Source: Acidimicrobiia bacterium
Lineage (GTDB): Bacteria > Actinomycetota > Acidimicrobiia > Spongiisociales > ZC4RG35
Length of the DNA: 64,000 nucleotides
Assembly: GCA_009837815.1 (NCBI GenBank)
Contig: VXSV01000140.1
Location: forward strand, 5,528 to 69,527
Reading direction: 5' to 3'
Numbering within the stretch: the first letter of the stretch is position 1; each line of letters opens with the position of its first letter. This document shows, piece by piece, positions 38,879 through 47,986 of the stretch. The translations under genes and the position numbers were made by a program. A model generated the notes under the pieces. That model made no database searches. It saw only the letters and a list, made by a program, of their open reading frames with translations, and was not told the origin of the DNA.

Positions 38879-41344
38879 CTAATCGAAGCGTTCGTAAACG
38901 GCTTCAAGCGTATCATCCAGCTCGTCCAACTCGGTCTCCCAGCGCAACATCTTCGAGCGAAGTCGCACATTCTGGTAAGCCCCCCACATGGTCATGGCGG
39001 GCGGCACCAGCACGATGGACACTATCAGCGAGTAGGCGATCGTGATCGCAGCTGTGATAGCGAACTGCTGGGAGGCAACCAGCGGCGAGAACACCAGCAC
39101 ACCGAGTCCGAGTGCGGTGGTCAATGCCGAGCCCAGCAATGCGGATCCCGTAATGGAGAGCGTCCGGACTGCGGCTTGCTCCGGGTCGCGCGCCAGGGAG
39201 TATTCCTCGCGATAACGGTGAATCATGTGGATGGTGTAGTCCACCCCGATCCCGATCGAGAGCGCCGTGATGATTGAGGTTATGAGCGTGTAAGGGATGC
39301 CCAGCAACGCCATGGTGCCCAGCACCGAAATCAGTACCAGCACGATCGGAAACACGGCGATGAATCCCAGCGCAGGCTGGCGTACCGTCACCCAGAAGAA
39401 GAGAGCGAGGACGGTCAAAGCCACGGCAATGGTGGTGCTGATGGCCTCGGTCTGCTGGTCTGTGATGGCGTCGGTGACTGTGAAAGAGATGATGCTGGCC
39501 GAAGTCGCAGTCAGGTCGTCATCATCCCCCAACCAGAGTTCCTCAAGCTCCTGTTGGGTGTTCCTCGACCGCGCGGTGTCGCCTGCAAACGCCGCGAATT
39601 GGATCAGCATGGTGTCGGCGCCGTCCGGGTTGTTGACCAGGAGGCGTCCCAATCCGGGATCTATCTCCTCGATCCTGTCCAGCAATTCCTGCATCTTCCC
39701 TGCGTCCAGTTCGATCCCGGCGGAGGCTTCCTGAAGCAAACCGGACAGTTCGGGGTCGTATTTGTCGCCGGGCTCCCCGCTGTCGTTGGTCCAGTCGTCC
39801 ACCAGCAGGTTGTAAGAAGCGAGGATCGGCCCTGCCGCGGCGCCCGGGCGAAGCCTCTCGTCCTCGAAGGCGTTTGTGAGATCGTGCAGGTTGAGAAGCG
39901 TGCGTGTCTCGGTGGCCTCGGCCTTCAAAAGCACGCTGTACATCTCCGCCGAACCGCCGATGGTCGCATCCAGGGTGTTCAAGTCCTCCAGCAGTCCCCC
40001 GCCTCTCGGAAGGATGTCCCGGATATTGAATTCCGACTCGAGGTCGGTCGCTGCGAATCCGAGCGCAGCCGTCACCGCCAACATCCCCACCACATAGGGT
40101 GTGGGTCGGCGGGTGATCGCTCTTCCCAGCAACTCCGCCAAAGGCCTGACGCCTGGCAGGGCATTTGAGATCGGCCTGGCCTCCTTCAGCTTGCCCCGTG
40201 CTTCTTTCCTCCTGTCGATGATCGTCCGGCCGGCCGGAATCAAGGTCAGCATCACCGTCAGGCTCATCGCCACGCCCAATCCCGCAATGACGCCGAAGTC
40301 GTTGACTATCCCGATCGGGGAGAACAAGTTCACCAACAGGCTCACGATGGTGGTGACCGCGGCAAGCGCCAGCGGCATGGTTACGTGTCTCAGTCCCACC
40401 CGGACGGCCCCGGTTACCTTCTCGCCGGCGACCCGTTGCTCGCGGTAGTGCGAGACGATTTGGATTGCATAGTCCACCGTGAGGCCGATCAAGATGATCG
40501 GGACCATGGTGGTGAGGGAATTGGGAGGGCCGACCACAGCCAGAGCGTTCGGACCCAGCCATCCTTCCGTCCCCACGATCCAGATGATGGACAGGAACAG
40601 TCCTCCAAGCGTGAGGAGCAGGTCCGATATCGAGCGCATGAAGACCAGGATCAGAGCGGCTATCAGCAGAAACGCCATGCCCACCAGCGGCGCCATTCCC
40701 TCTTCGGTGGCCCTCTTGTACTCGTCTTCTATCACCACGGGCGAGACGCTGCTCACCTGCAAAGGTCCCTCATGTGCCAACGCAAGCTCATGGACCGTCC
40801 GCGAAGCGGCGTAGATGCGGTCGTCGTTGGTGTCCTGCAAATTGATATTTGCAATAGCGATGGGAGTCCCGTCCGCGTCGACCCCGGTGGTGGCGTCCAG
40901 CGCTTCGCCGATCCCCGGGAAGTTGCGGACGGAATCGATTTCGGCCTGCGTCACCGACTCGAAACCCTCCACGCCCAGCACGGCCCTGAACAGCAACGAG
41001 GGTGAAAACACAGGATCGGGAGGCGCCAGTATGTCGACCACGCTCGGATCGGTCACGATCTCGGTGATGAGGCTGTCCATCTGTGACAGCCCCGCGGGCG
41101 TAAGGGCCTCTCCGCGAAAAATAAGCGTCGCAACGTGGGCCTCGGCATCTCCGAAGAGGTCTTCGATCTCGGCTAAGGCCTTGGCGACCTCGCTCCCCTG
41201 GGGGAGGGTCTCGGCGGTCTCGGGCGGCTCGGCGCGGTGCGTCGAACCTGCGCCCAACGCAACGGTGATGATGAGCAGGACAAGAAGGGTGATCCATGGG
41301 TAACCCGTTACCAGCCTGCGCAGCCGGTCGAGTAGGTTGCTCAT
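38879..41344 (-). CDS. MMPL/RND-superfamily membrane exporter.
   Basis: Its ~820 aa form two 6-TM bundles with large extracytoplasmic loops, matching the MMPL-family pattern. Confidence 0.75.
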   Translation of the reverse strand: MSNLLDRLRRLVTGYPWITLLVLLIITVALGAGSTHRAEPPETAETLPQGSEVAKALAEIEDLFGDAEAHVATLIFRGEALTPAGLSQMDSLITEIVTDPSVVDILAPPDPVFSPSLLFRAVLGVEGFESVTQAEIDSVRNFPGIGEALDATTGVDADGTPIAIANINLQDTNDDRIYAASRTVHELALAHEGPLQVSSVSPVVIEDEYKRATEEGMAPLVGMAFLLIAALILVFMRSISDLLLTLGGLFLSIIWIVGTEGWLGPNALAVVGPPNSLTTMVPIILIGLTVDYAIQIVSHYREQRVAGEKVTGAVRVGLRHVTMPLALAAVTTIVSLLVNLFSPIGIVNDFGVIAGLGVAMSLTVMLTLIPAGRTIIDRRKEARGKLKEARPISNALPGVRPLAELLGRAITRRPTPYVVGMLAVTAALGFAATDLESEFNIRDILPRGGGLLEDLNTLDATIGGSAEMYSVLLKAEATETRTLLNLHDLTNAFEDERLRPGAAAGPILASYNLLVDDWTNDSGEPGDKYDPELSGLLQEASAGIELDAGKMQELLDRIEEIDPGLGRLLVNNPDGADTMLIQFAAFAGDTARSRNTQQELEELWLGDDDDLTATSASIISFTVTDAITDQQTEAISTTIAVALTVLALFFWVTVRQPALGFIAVFPIVLVLISVLGTMALLGIPYTLITSIITALSIGIGVDYTIHMIHRYREEYSLARDPEQAAVRTLSITGSALLGSALTTALGLGVLVFSPLVASQQFAITAAITIAYSLIVSIVLVPPAMTMWGAYQNVRLRSKMLRWETELDELDDTLEAVYERFD

Positions 41345-41443
41345 TACGTGTCCTTCCAATCGGGACCGACAGGGGAGGGCCGAGGCTTTTATAGCCGGCT
41401 CCAACGCTCATCCCGCCGGACCTCGGGACCAGCACCTTTTACT

Positions 41444-41464
41444 GTAGCTTGTCAGATTAGCTAC
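41444..41464. promoter_or_regulatory. Inverted repeat GTAGCT-n9-AGCTAC, 100 bp upstream of the MMPL gene. Candidate operator.
   Basis: It is a palindrome in the MMPL promoter region. No cognate regulator gene is adjacent. Confidence 0.2.
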
Positions 41465-41548
41465 CTTCACCGGCAGTCAACACCATTTGATTCGGCCATG
41501 GAGGGCTATGGCGCACGGGCCGGAGAAGGAGATTGACCGCCCCGAGGT

Positions 41549-42097
41549 TTAGTCGTTCAGTGCTTTCTCATAGGTGACCGAGGTTCGCAGTCGGTCCTCG
41601 GGGATGTCGTAATAGGTACGCAACACTTCTTGAGAGTCAGCCGACAGGAGGTAACCGCCCTTCTCCAGCATCCCCCGCGCTTTGTAGTTGGCGGCGTAAG
41701 TTCCCACGATGACCCGGCAGACGCCCACCAGTCGTTCCTCGATGTACTCGCGAAGGGCAGACGCCACACCTTGTCTCTGGTATCGGGGAAGTACGTATGC
41801 ATGGCGGAGCAGCGCCACCTCCCCGACCGGTTCGCTTCCCATCACCCCGACCAGGGTGTGACCCATGAACGCTCCCCACCAGGTCATACGACGCCGCTCG
41901 GCGTCCCAGGCGGCCTCGTCCATCTCCGGGTCATGCAGTTCCTCGGGCGGAAGGAACTCCCGATACCACCGGGCAGCGGTGTTGACCACTTCCACGGCCG
42001 CGGCGCGGTCCTCGGAGATGAGTTCCCGAAAGGCGAGCTGGTCCGGGAAGCGTAGGAAAGTGAAGCCGGTCAGAGCCGCGATGGTAACTCCTCTCAC
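41549..42097 (-). CDS. GNAT-family N-acetyltransferase.
   Basis: The acetyl-CoA-binding motif (RHAYVLPRYQRQGVASAL) is present. A GTG start is chosen to avoid overlap with the divergent MMPL gene. The longer ORF-track start is unlikely. Confidence 0.65.
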   Translation of the reverse strand: MRGVTIAALTGFTFLRFPDQLAFRELISEDRAAAVEVVNTAARWYREFLPPEELHDPEMDEAAWDAERRRMTWWGAFMGHTLVGVMGSEPVGEVALLRHAYVLPRYQRQGVASALREYIEERLVGVCRVIVGTYAANYKARGMLEKGGYLLSADSQEVLRTYYDIPEDRLRTSVTYEKALND

Positions 42098-42177
42098 CGG
42101 TCTCCTGGCGTTGTACGACCGGGTGGGGGTAGTAGGGTAGATCGGGAATAGGATATCTGGCCGCGGAGGAACCGGTC

Positions 42178-44376
42178 GTGACGAGGAAATTGGCCCGCAT
42201 GAGCGCACGCAGGCCCTGGGTCGTGATCGGGGTCTGGGTGTTGGTGGTTGCAGCGGCGCTTGGACTAGTCCAGGCGCTGTTGCCCAGCGCCACCACCACC
42301 GAGTTGAGTCTGGGGAGCAACTACGAGTCGGAACAGGCGGCCGCACTGCTGGAGGAGAGGCTGCGAGGGCCCACACCCCTCAACGAACTGGTCCTGGTCC
42401 AATCTACATCGGCGACAGTCGATGATCCCCGGTTCCAGGCGAAGGTCGAGTCCATCTACGACCGTATCACGGCATTGGGACCGGAGACCGTCGTGTCAGG
42501 ATCACACTACTACCTGAGCGGCGAGGAGCTTCTGGTATCGGCCGACCGCAGGACCACCATCATGAGCTTCGTTCTGGCCGGCGACTTCAAGGAGGCCACC
42601 GAGAACGTCGAGGACGTGGTGCACCTGGTCCAGGAGGTGGACGGCTCGGACGGCTTCCGGGTGCTGATCGGCGGGGATGCCAGCGTCGCCTTCGAAAACA
42701 ACGAGTTGAGCGCCGAAGACCTGGAGAAGGGAGAGCGGATCGGCATCCCCGTGGCGTTGATTATCCTGCTGACGCTTTTCGGTTCGGTCGTCGCAACGCT
42801 GTTGCCTCTGGGGCTGGCCATCGTCGCCATCGTCCTGGCGCTGGGGGCGGTCGGGATCATCGGCCAGTTCTTCGAATTGGTTTTCTTCGTGACGATGATG
42901 ATCACCATGATCGGCCTGGCGGTGGGGATCGACTATTCGCTCCTGATCGTCTCCCGTTTCCGGGAAGAGCTGGATCGGGGTCTCGGGGTCAAGGAGGCGG
43001 TCGCAAAGACCGGCGACACGGCGGGTCGCACGGTGCTGTTCAGCGGAACCACCGTGGTGCTGGCCCTGATCGGCATGCTGATCGTCCCCGTTTCGTTCTT
43101 CCGGTCGCTAGGCCTCGGGGCCATTCTGGTGGTCATCACCGCATTGGCCGCCACCCTTACGCTCCTGCCTGCGGTCCTTGCCTTGCTGGGCCCGAAGGTA
43201 GGCCTGCTGCGGGTGCCCTTCCTGGAGAGGTTCTCGTTGAGGAGTCCCCAGACCACCGACCATGGCTTCTGGGAGAAGGTGACCAAAGCTGTCACGCGCT
43301 ATCCCTGGGTCAGCATCCTCCTCACCAGCGTTCCCCTGATTGTCCTGACGGTCTTCTACTTTGACATCCATACAGGCCTGAACGACGTCAACTCCTTCCC
43401 CGACAAGTCGAAGACCAAAGAGACGTTCATCGTGTTCGAGGAGGAGTTCTCGGTCGGGGAGGTCACACCTGCCGGGGTGCTCAGCCCGGCGGAGATCGTG
43501 GTGGAGGCGAACATCGCCGACCCGCAGGTGCAGCAGGCAGGTTTCCGCCTGGTGCAACTTCTCCAGAGCGACCCGGCCTTTCCGATCCCGCCGCAGCTGG
43601 AAGTCAACGACGCGGGGGATCTCGCACTTCTGTCGCTTCCGTTCCCGGGTGAGCCCAACAGCCGCCTGGCCACAGAGAGGCTCACCAAAATCCGGGAAGA
43701 GTACATTCCGGCGGCATTCGAAGGCGTCGAAGCCGAGGCGTATGTCGGTGGCGTGACGGCCGAGGCCACCGACTTCTACGGCATCGTCGACGTCTACACA
43801 CCCGTCGTCTTCGCCTTCGTCCTCGGTCTCAGCTTCATCCTGCTGATGCTGGTCTTCCGCTCGATCGCCATCCCCATCAAGGCGATCATCATGAATCTGC
43901 TCTCGGTTGGCGCCACCTATGGCCTATTGGTGCTGGTGTTCCAGAAGGGAGTGGGAGCGGACCTCCTGGGATTCCAGCGCGCCGAGGTGATCGACGCGTG
44001 GATACCCCTGTTCCTGTTCAGCATCCTGTTCGGGCTTTCTATGGACTATCACGTGTTCCTGCTTAGCCGCATCCGGGAACGCTACGACCAGACCGGGAAC
44101 AACGCCCAGGCGGTGGCGTACGGTCTGCGTTCCACGGGAGCTATGATCACCGGCGCCGCCCTTATCATGGTTGCCGTGTTCGGTGGATTCGCGGCAGGTG
44201 AGACCGTCGTCAACCAGTTGGTCGGATTCGGCTTGGCCGTGGCCGTGTTCCTGGATGCGACCCTGGTCCGGTCGGTGCTGGTGCCCGCCAGCATGGAAGT
44301 GCTGGGAGCCCGCAACTGGTACCTGCCGTCGTGGCTCGGTTGGCTGCCGGACCTGCGGGTGGAAGCAGAAGAGTAG
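42178..44376 (+). CDS. MMPL/RND-superfamily membrane exporter (second copy, divergent from the first).
   Basis: It is a 732-aa MMPL-type protein with a GTG start and an upstream GGAGGA ribosome-binding site. Confidence 0.75.
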   Translation: MTRKLARMSARRPWVVIGVWVLVVAAALGLVQALLPSATTTELSLGSNYESEQAAALLEERLRGPTPLNELVLVQSTSATVDDPRFQAKVESIYDRITALGPETVVSGSHYYLSGEELLVSADRRTTIMSFVLAGDFKEATENVEDVVHLVQEVDGSDGFRVLIGGDASVAFENNELSAEDLEKGERIGIPVALIILLTLFGSVVATLLPLGLAIVAIVLALGAVGIIGQFFELVFFVTMMITMIGLAVGIDYSLLIVSRFREELDRGLGVKEAVAKTGDTAGRTVLFSGTTVVLALIGMLIVPVSFFRSLGLGAILVVITALAATLTLLPAVLALLGPKVGLLRVPFLERFSLRSPQTTDHGFWEKVTKAVTRYPWVSILLTSVPLIVLTVFYFDIHTGLNDVNSFPDKSKTKETFIVFEEEFSVGEVTPAGVLSPAEIVVEANIADPQVQQAGFRLVQLLQSDPAFPIPPQLEVNDAGDLALLSLPFPGEPNSRLATERLTKIREEYIPAAFEGVEAEAYVGGVTAEATDFYGIVDVYTPVVFAFVLGLSFILLMLVFRSIAIPIKAIIMNLLSVGATYGLLVLVFQKGVGADLLGFQRAEVIDAWIPLFLFSILFGLSMDYHVFLLSRIRERYDQTGNNAQAVAYGLRSTGAMITGAALIMVAVFGGFAAGETVVNQLVGFGLAVAVFLDATLVRSVLVPASMEVLGARNWYLPSWLGWLPDLRVEAEE

Positions 44377-44414
44377 CGGGCGCATGGGCGCCACCGGTGA
44401 AGGCTAGGTCGCTG

Positions 44415-45584
44415 ATGAATATCCCTTCCGACTATGTAGAGGGCTACGAGAAAGCGCGGCTTGTGGATCCGGAGATGGCAGACGCCTACGTCCGGCACAT
44501 GCACCTGGGCGACCCGGAAGCCGACTCGATGATGGAAGAACTGGCCGCCATTCCCGCCAGAGACGCCCGCCGATTCATCGAAGCCGGAATGGACAGGGAC
44601 CATGAAGTGCTCAAGGATGCTCCACCTCTCTTGGTCAAGTTCTTCGACAGTCTGGACAACCCACCGGAATGGTTGGACACTGCCGCTTTCGTTCCCGGCA
44701 TCAGGATGTTCCACAGGAATTCCAGGGTGGTCCTGGTGGGTTTCGTGGGCGGCGTTCTGGTGGAAGGATTCGCCACCAACATCAGCAAGTCCTTTTTCAT
44801 CACCGGGCGCCTGCGCGACCATGGTGTGAGGCGTTTGAAACAGAACAACCGCCATATGCTCGAGTCCTTCCTCCCCGGCGGTCTGGACAGGCAAGGCGAC
44901 GGCCTGAAGCTGTCGGTTCGCGTGCGCATCATTCATGCCCAACTCAGGCAACTGCTCAAAGAGTCCGATGACTGGGACGCCGCCGCCTGGGGCCTTCCCT
45001 TGAGTGCTGCCCACCTCGGGTATTCGATAACCGCTTTTTCAGCGCGGCTCCTGAAACACATGAAGGGGCTGGGAGCGACCTTCGACGAGGAAGAACGCGC
45101 CAGCTTCATGGCTGTGTGGCGCTATATCGGCTACCTGATGGGGATTCCTGAGACCATTCTGTTCCAGAACGAGGACGAGGCCCTGAGAGTGTTCAGGATC
45201 GGAGGCATGGTTGAACCTCCCATAAGCCCGGAGTCCATAGCCATGGCCAATTCCCTGATCGCCTCTGCGCCTTATGTCGCCGGCATACCCGATCGCGACG
45301 CCCGGGCGAAGCTGACCTATTACGCCTACAAACTCTCCAGGGCGCTCATCGGTGACCCTCTGGCCGATGAACTCAAGTATCCCCCTGTTCGCTCGCTCTG
45401 GGTTCTCCTGCACTTCCGGAACCTGGGACGCCTGCGACGGATCATGGGCAAGAGCTTTCCCAAACTCGTCAACAACCCGTACACCCACTTCACAGGGCTG
45501 CTTGAAGTGTCGGCCTACGACGAGGATGGAATCAGCTACCGGTTGCCGGACCACGTCTACGCGGAGGAGTCCAGTTTCTACTAG
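44415..45584 (+). CDS. MpaB/DUF2236-family putative oxygenase.
   Basis: The ~390-aa soluble protein has overall similarity to the ER-bound-oxygenase MpaB/rubber-oxygenase catalytic-domain family. The assignment is from memory of family patterns. Confidence 0.4.
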   Translation: MNIPSDYVEGYEKARLVDPEMADAYVRHMHLGDPEADSMMEELAAIPARDARRFIEAGMDRDHEVLKDAPPLLVKFFDSLDNPPEWLDTAAFVPGIRMFHRNSRVVLVGFVGGVLVEGFATNISKSFFITGRLRDHGVRRLKQNNRHMLESFLPGGLDRQGDGLKLSVRVRIIHAQLRQLLKESDDWDAAAWGLPLSAAHLGYSITAFSARLLKHMKGLGATFDEEERASFMAVWRYIGYLMGIPETILFQNEDEALRVFRIGGMVEPPISPESIAMANSLIASAPYVAGIPDRDARAKLTYYAYKLSRALIGDPLADELKYPPVRSLWVLLHFRNLGRLRRIMGKSFPKLVNNPYTHFTGLLEVSAYDEDGISYRLPDHVYAEESSFY

Positions 45585-45609
45585 AGCGGGGCGCCGGGGG
45601 ACCCTGCTT

Positions 45610-45656
45610 GGTCCGGGACGCCAGACCCAACCTTACCGGCCGTCCCGTCCCGGACC
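45610..45656. terminator. Hairpin (11-bp perfect stem GGTCCGGGACG/CGTCCCGGACC) between convergent genes. Candidate bidirectional terminator.
   Basis: An inverted repeat sits in the 100-bp gap between the ends of two convergent CDSs. Confidence 0.35.
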
Positions 45657-45685
45657 ATAGGTTGGTTGCGTGTACAGGAGATTGA

Positions 45686-46561
45686 TCAAGCCGGGTCGGG
45701 GGCCCAGCGGTGAACCGCGGGGGGATTGCGCAAGCCGAGTTCAGAGCAAAGCGCCTGGTACTCATCCCGATTGACGCCGCCCCAGCGGATTTCGTCCAAG
45801 GTCGGGGAGATGGGAGCGTCCCGCCTGAGGGTGGTCAACTCCCTGAACAGCAGCACATCGTCCTGTCGCTCGCTCAGGTTCTTGGCCAGGCGCGCCGCCC
45901 CTCTAACCGTCACCTCCCAGTCCTGAGGATCGGGAGGGATGTGCTCCAGGCGCCGGTAGTGCGCCAGCACCGTCGCCGATGACTTGGCGCCCCAGCCGGG
46001 GATGCCGGGGATGCCGTCCGCCGAGTCTCCCACCAGCGCCAGGTAGTCGGGGATTGACTCGGGCGCCACGCCGAATTTGGCCATCACGCCATCGGCGTCG
46101 AGCATCTGTCCCTTGCGACGGTCGAAGGTGACCACCCGCCGGCCGGTGACGCACTGGGTCAGGTCCTTGTCGGGGCTGACCAGCACCACTCTCTCGGCCT
46201 CCGGAGAGAATCGATGGGCGCCGCTTGCCATGGCGTCGTCGGCTTCGAAGTCGGTCATTCCCCACACGGTGACTCCCAGGGCCCGGAAGGCCCGTTCGGC
46301 GAGTTCGAACTGGCCCATGAGATCCTCGGGTACACCTTCACCGGTCTTGTAGCCGTGGTACAGGCGGTTGCGAAAACTCTCGATCACCGTGTCGGTGGCG
46401 GCCGCGACGTGGGTGAGATCGGGATCCCGCAGAAGCGAGAGGGTGGTGTTCAACAGTCCGTAGACGGCTCCCACCTCTCGGCCATCCGGTGATGTCCGAG
46501 AAGGGAAACCGAAATAGGCGCGGAAGAGTTCGTATGTACCATCCAGCAGATGCACGAACAT
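45686..46561 (-). CDS. 5'-3' exonuclease (FEN/Pol I N-terminal-domain homologue).
   Basis: The PIN-like and H3TH regions show acidic metal-binding clusters (DFEADDAMA, GDSADGIPGIPGWGAKSA). Confidence 0.75.
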   Translation of the reverse strand: MFVHLLDGTYELFRAYFGFPSRTSPDGREVGAVYGLLNTTLSLLRDPDLTHVAAATDTVIESFRNRLYHGYKTGEGVPEDLMGQFELAERAFRALGVTVWGMTDFEADDAMASGAHRFSPEAERVVLVSPDKDLTQCVTGRRVVTFDRRKGQMLDADGVMAKFGVAPESIPDYLALVGDSADGIPGIPGWGAKSSATVLAHYRRLEHIPPDPQDWEVTVRGAARLAKNLSERQDDVLLFRELTTLRRDAPISPTLDEIRWGGVNRDEYQALCSELGLRNPPAVHRWAPDPA

Positions 46562-47038
46562 TCCGATGATGCTATGGACGATCCTCAATGCGGTCAAGCC
46601 GACTCCCAAGAAGGGGATCCCGGCTCCGGCTGGCGTGAAGCGGGTGAAGAGCTGAATGACCTCCGGGAGTCATTCCGCTCCAGCTACCAGCAGGGGTCGG
46701 CGGAAGGCCCGTCCCGGGATGATGTCATGGGAGCTCTTCGCACCCTGGGAGAGGCCATTACTCACATCGCGGCGGGCGCCGGCAACACCCTGAAGGACCC
46801 CCAGGTCAAACAACAGGTCAAAAAGACCACTTCTTCTGCGATGTCGGCCATAAGCGGGATTCTCCTGGACTTCAGCGCCGACTTGCGGCGCCGGTTGGGG
46901 GAGAAGGAACAACCTCGTGGTCAGGAAGAAGGGACCGTCGCCGATGAGACAGTTCCCTCACCTGATACCGGCGGTGGGGACGCCGAAGACTCCAACGGCG
47001 GGAATGCCGGGTCGGGCGCCGGCGAATCCAGAGCCTGA
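46550..47038 (+). CDS. Hypothetical acidic protein.
   Basis: It is a 162-aa ORF with good third-position GC bias and no recognisable domain. Its 5' end slightly overlaps the divergent exonuclease start. Confidence 0.35.
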   Translation: MHEHSDDAMDDPQCGQADSQEGDPGSGWREAGEELNDLRESFRSSYQQGSAEGPSRDDVMGALRTLGEAITHIAAGAGNTLKDPQVKQQVKKTTSSAMSAISGILLDFSADLRRRLGEKEQPRGQEEGTVADETVPSPDTGGGDAEDSNGGNAGSGAGESRA

Positions 47039-47056
47039 GCCGAACAGGAACTCACG

Positions 47057-47902
47057 ATGGCGCTGATGGCTGTCGATGTGCTGGCCGGGCGGCTCTCGGA
47101 TCCGCTAACCGTAATCGGCGATGTGCGGTGGTACCTGGGCGATTCCGACCAGGGCCGGGTGGAGTATGACCGCGGGCACCTGCCCGGCGCCCGTTTCGTC
47201 GATCTGGACACCGACCTGAGCGGAACGGAAGGTCCGGGTCGTCACCCCTTGCCTGCGGTGGACGCGTTCACCGGCGCCCTGGGGAGAATGGGCATCAGCC
47301 CCGAACACACGGTGGTGGCTTACGATGCTTCCGGAGGGGCGATAGCAGCCCGTCTGTGGTGGATGCTGGACTCGATAGGGCACCGGTCGGCGTTCGTGCT
47401 GGACGGGGGAATCCAAGCCTGGATGGGGGCGGGCCTCCCCCTTACCACCGCCGCTCCTCGAATCTCACCGGTTGACTACCCCACTACGCAGAGGTGGATG
47501 GGAGTAGTGAACGCCGACCAGGTGCGTTCGTTCCTGGGTCGGCGTCCCATCCTGGATGCCCGCTCGGAGGACCGCTACCGGGGCGAGAACGAGATGGTGG
47601 ATCCCCGAGCCGGCCACATTCCAACCGCCCGCGCCGCCTTCTTCGGGAAAAACCTGACACCCGAGGGCAGGTTCCTTTCTCCTGAGTCGCTGCGACTCCG
47701 GTACCGGGCGCTGGGGGTGGGGGAGTCTGACGTCGCTGTCGCATATTGCGGAAGCGGCGTCACTGCATGCCACAACCTCTTGGCCTTGCGTCTCGCCGGG
47801 CACTCCGGGCTTCTGTATGAAGGGTCCTGGAGCGACTGGTCCAGCCGTCCCGACCCGATGGTGTCCACCGGACCCTGCCCGGGAGACGCCCCCGCGGAGT
47901 GA
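47057..47902 (+). CDS. sseA: Thiosulfate/3-mercaptopyruvate sulfurtransferase (tandem rhodanese).
   Basis: It has two rhodanese domains and the active-site loop CGSGVTA. Confidence 0.8.
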   Translation: MALMAVDVLAGRLSDPLTVIGDVRWYLGDSDQGRVEYDRGHLPGARFVDLDTDLSGTEGPGRHPLPAVDAFTGALGRMGISPEHTVVAYDASGGAIAARLWWMLDSIGHRSAFVLDGGIQAWMGAGLPLTTAAPRISPVDYPTTQRWMGVVNADQVRSFLGRRPILDARSEDRYRGENEMVDPRAGHIPTARAAFFGKNLTPEGRFLSPESLRLRYRALGVGESDVAVAYCGSGVTACHNLLALRLAGHSGLLYEGSWSDWSSRPDPMVSTGPCPGDAPAE

Positions 47903-47986
47903 GGCCGATCTTCCTGCCGTGACGCCGGCCATCCCTCCCGTCTCCCGGCGCCGATAGCTCGCCGGTCAAAGTAATCTTGGTGGATC

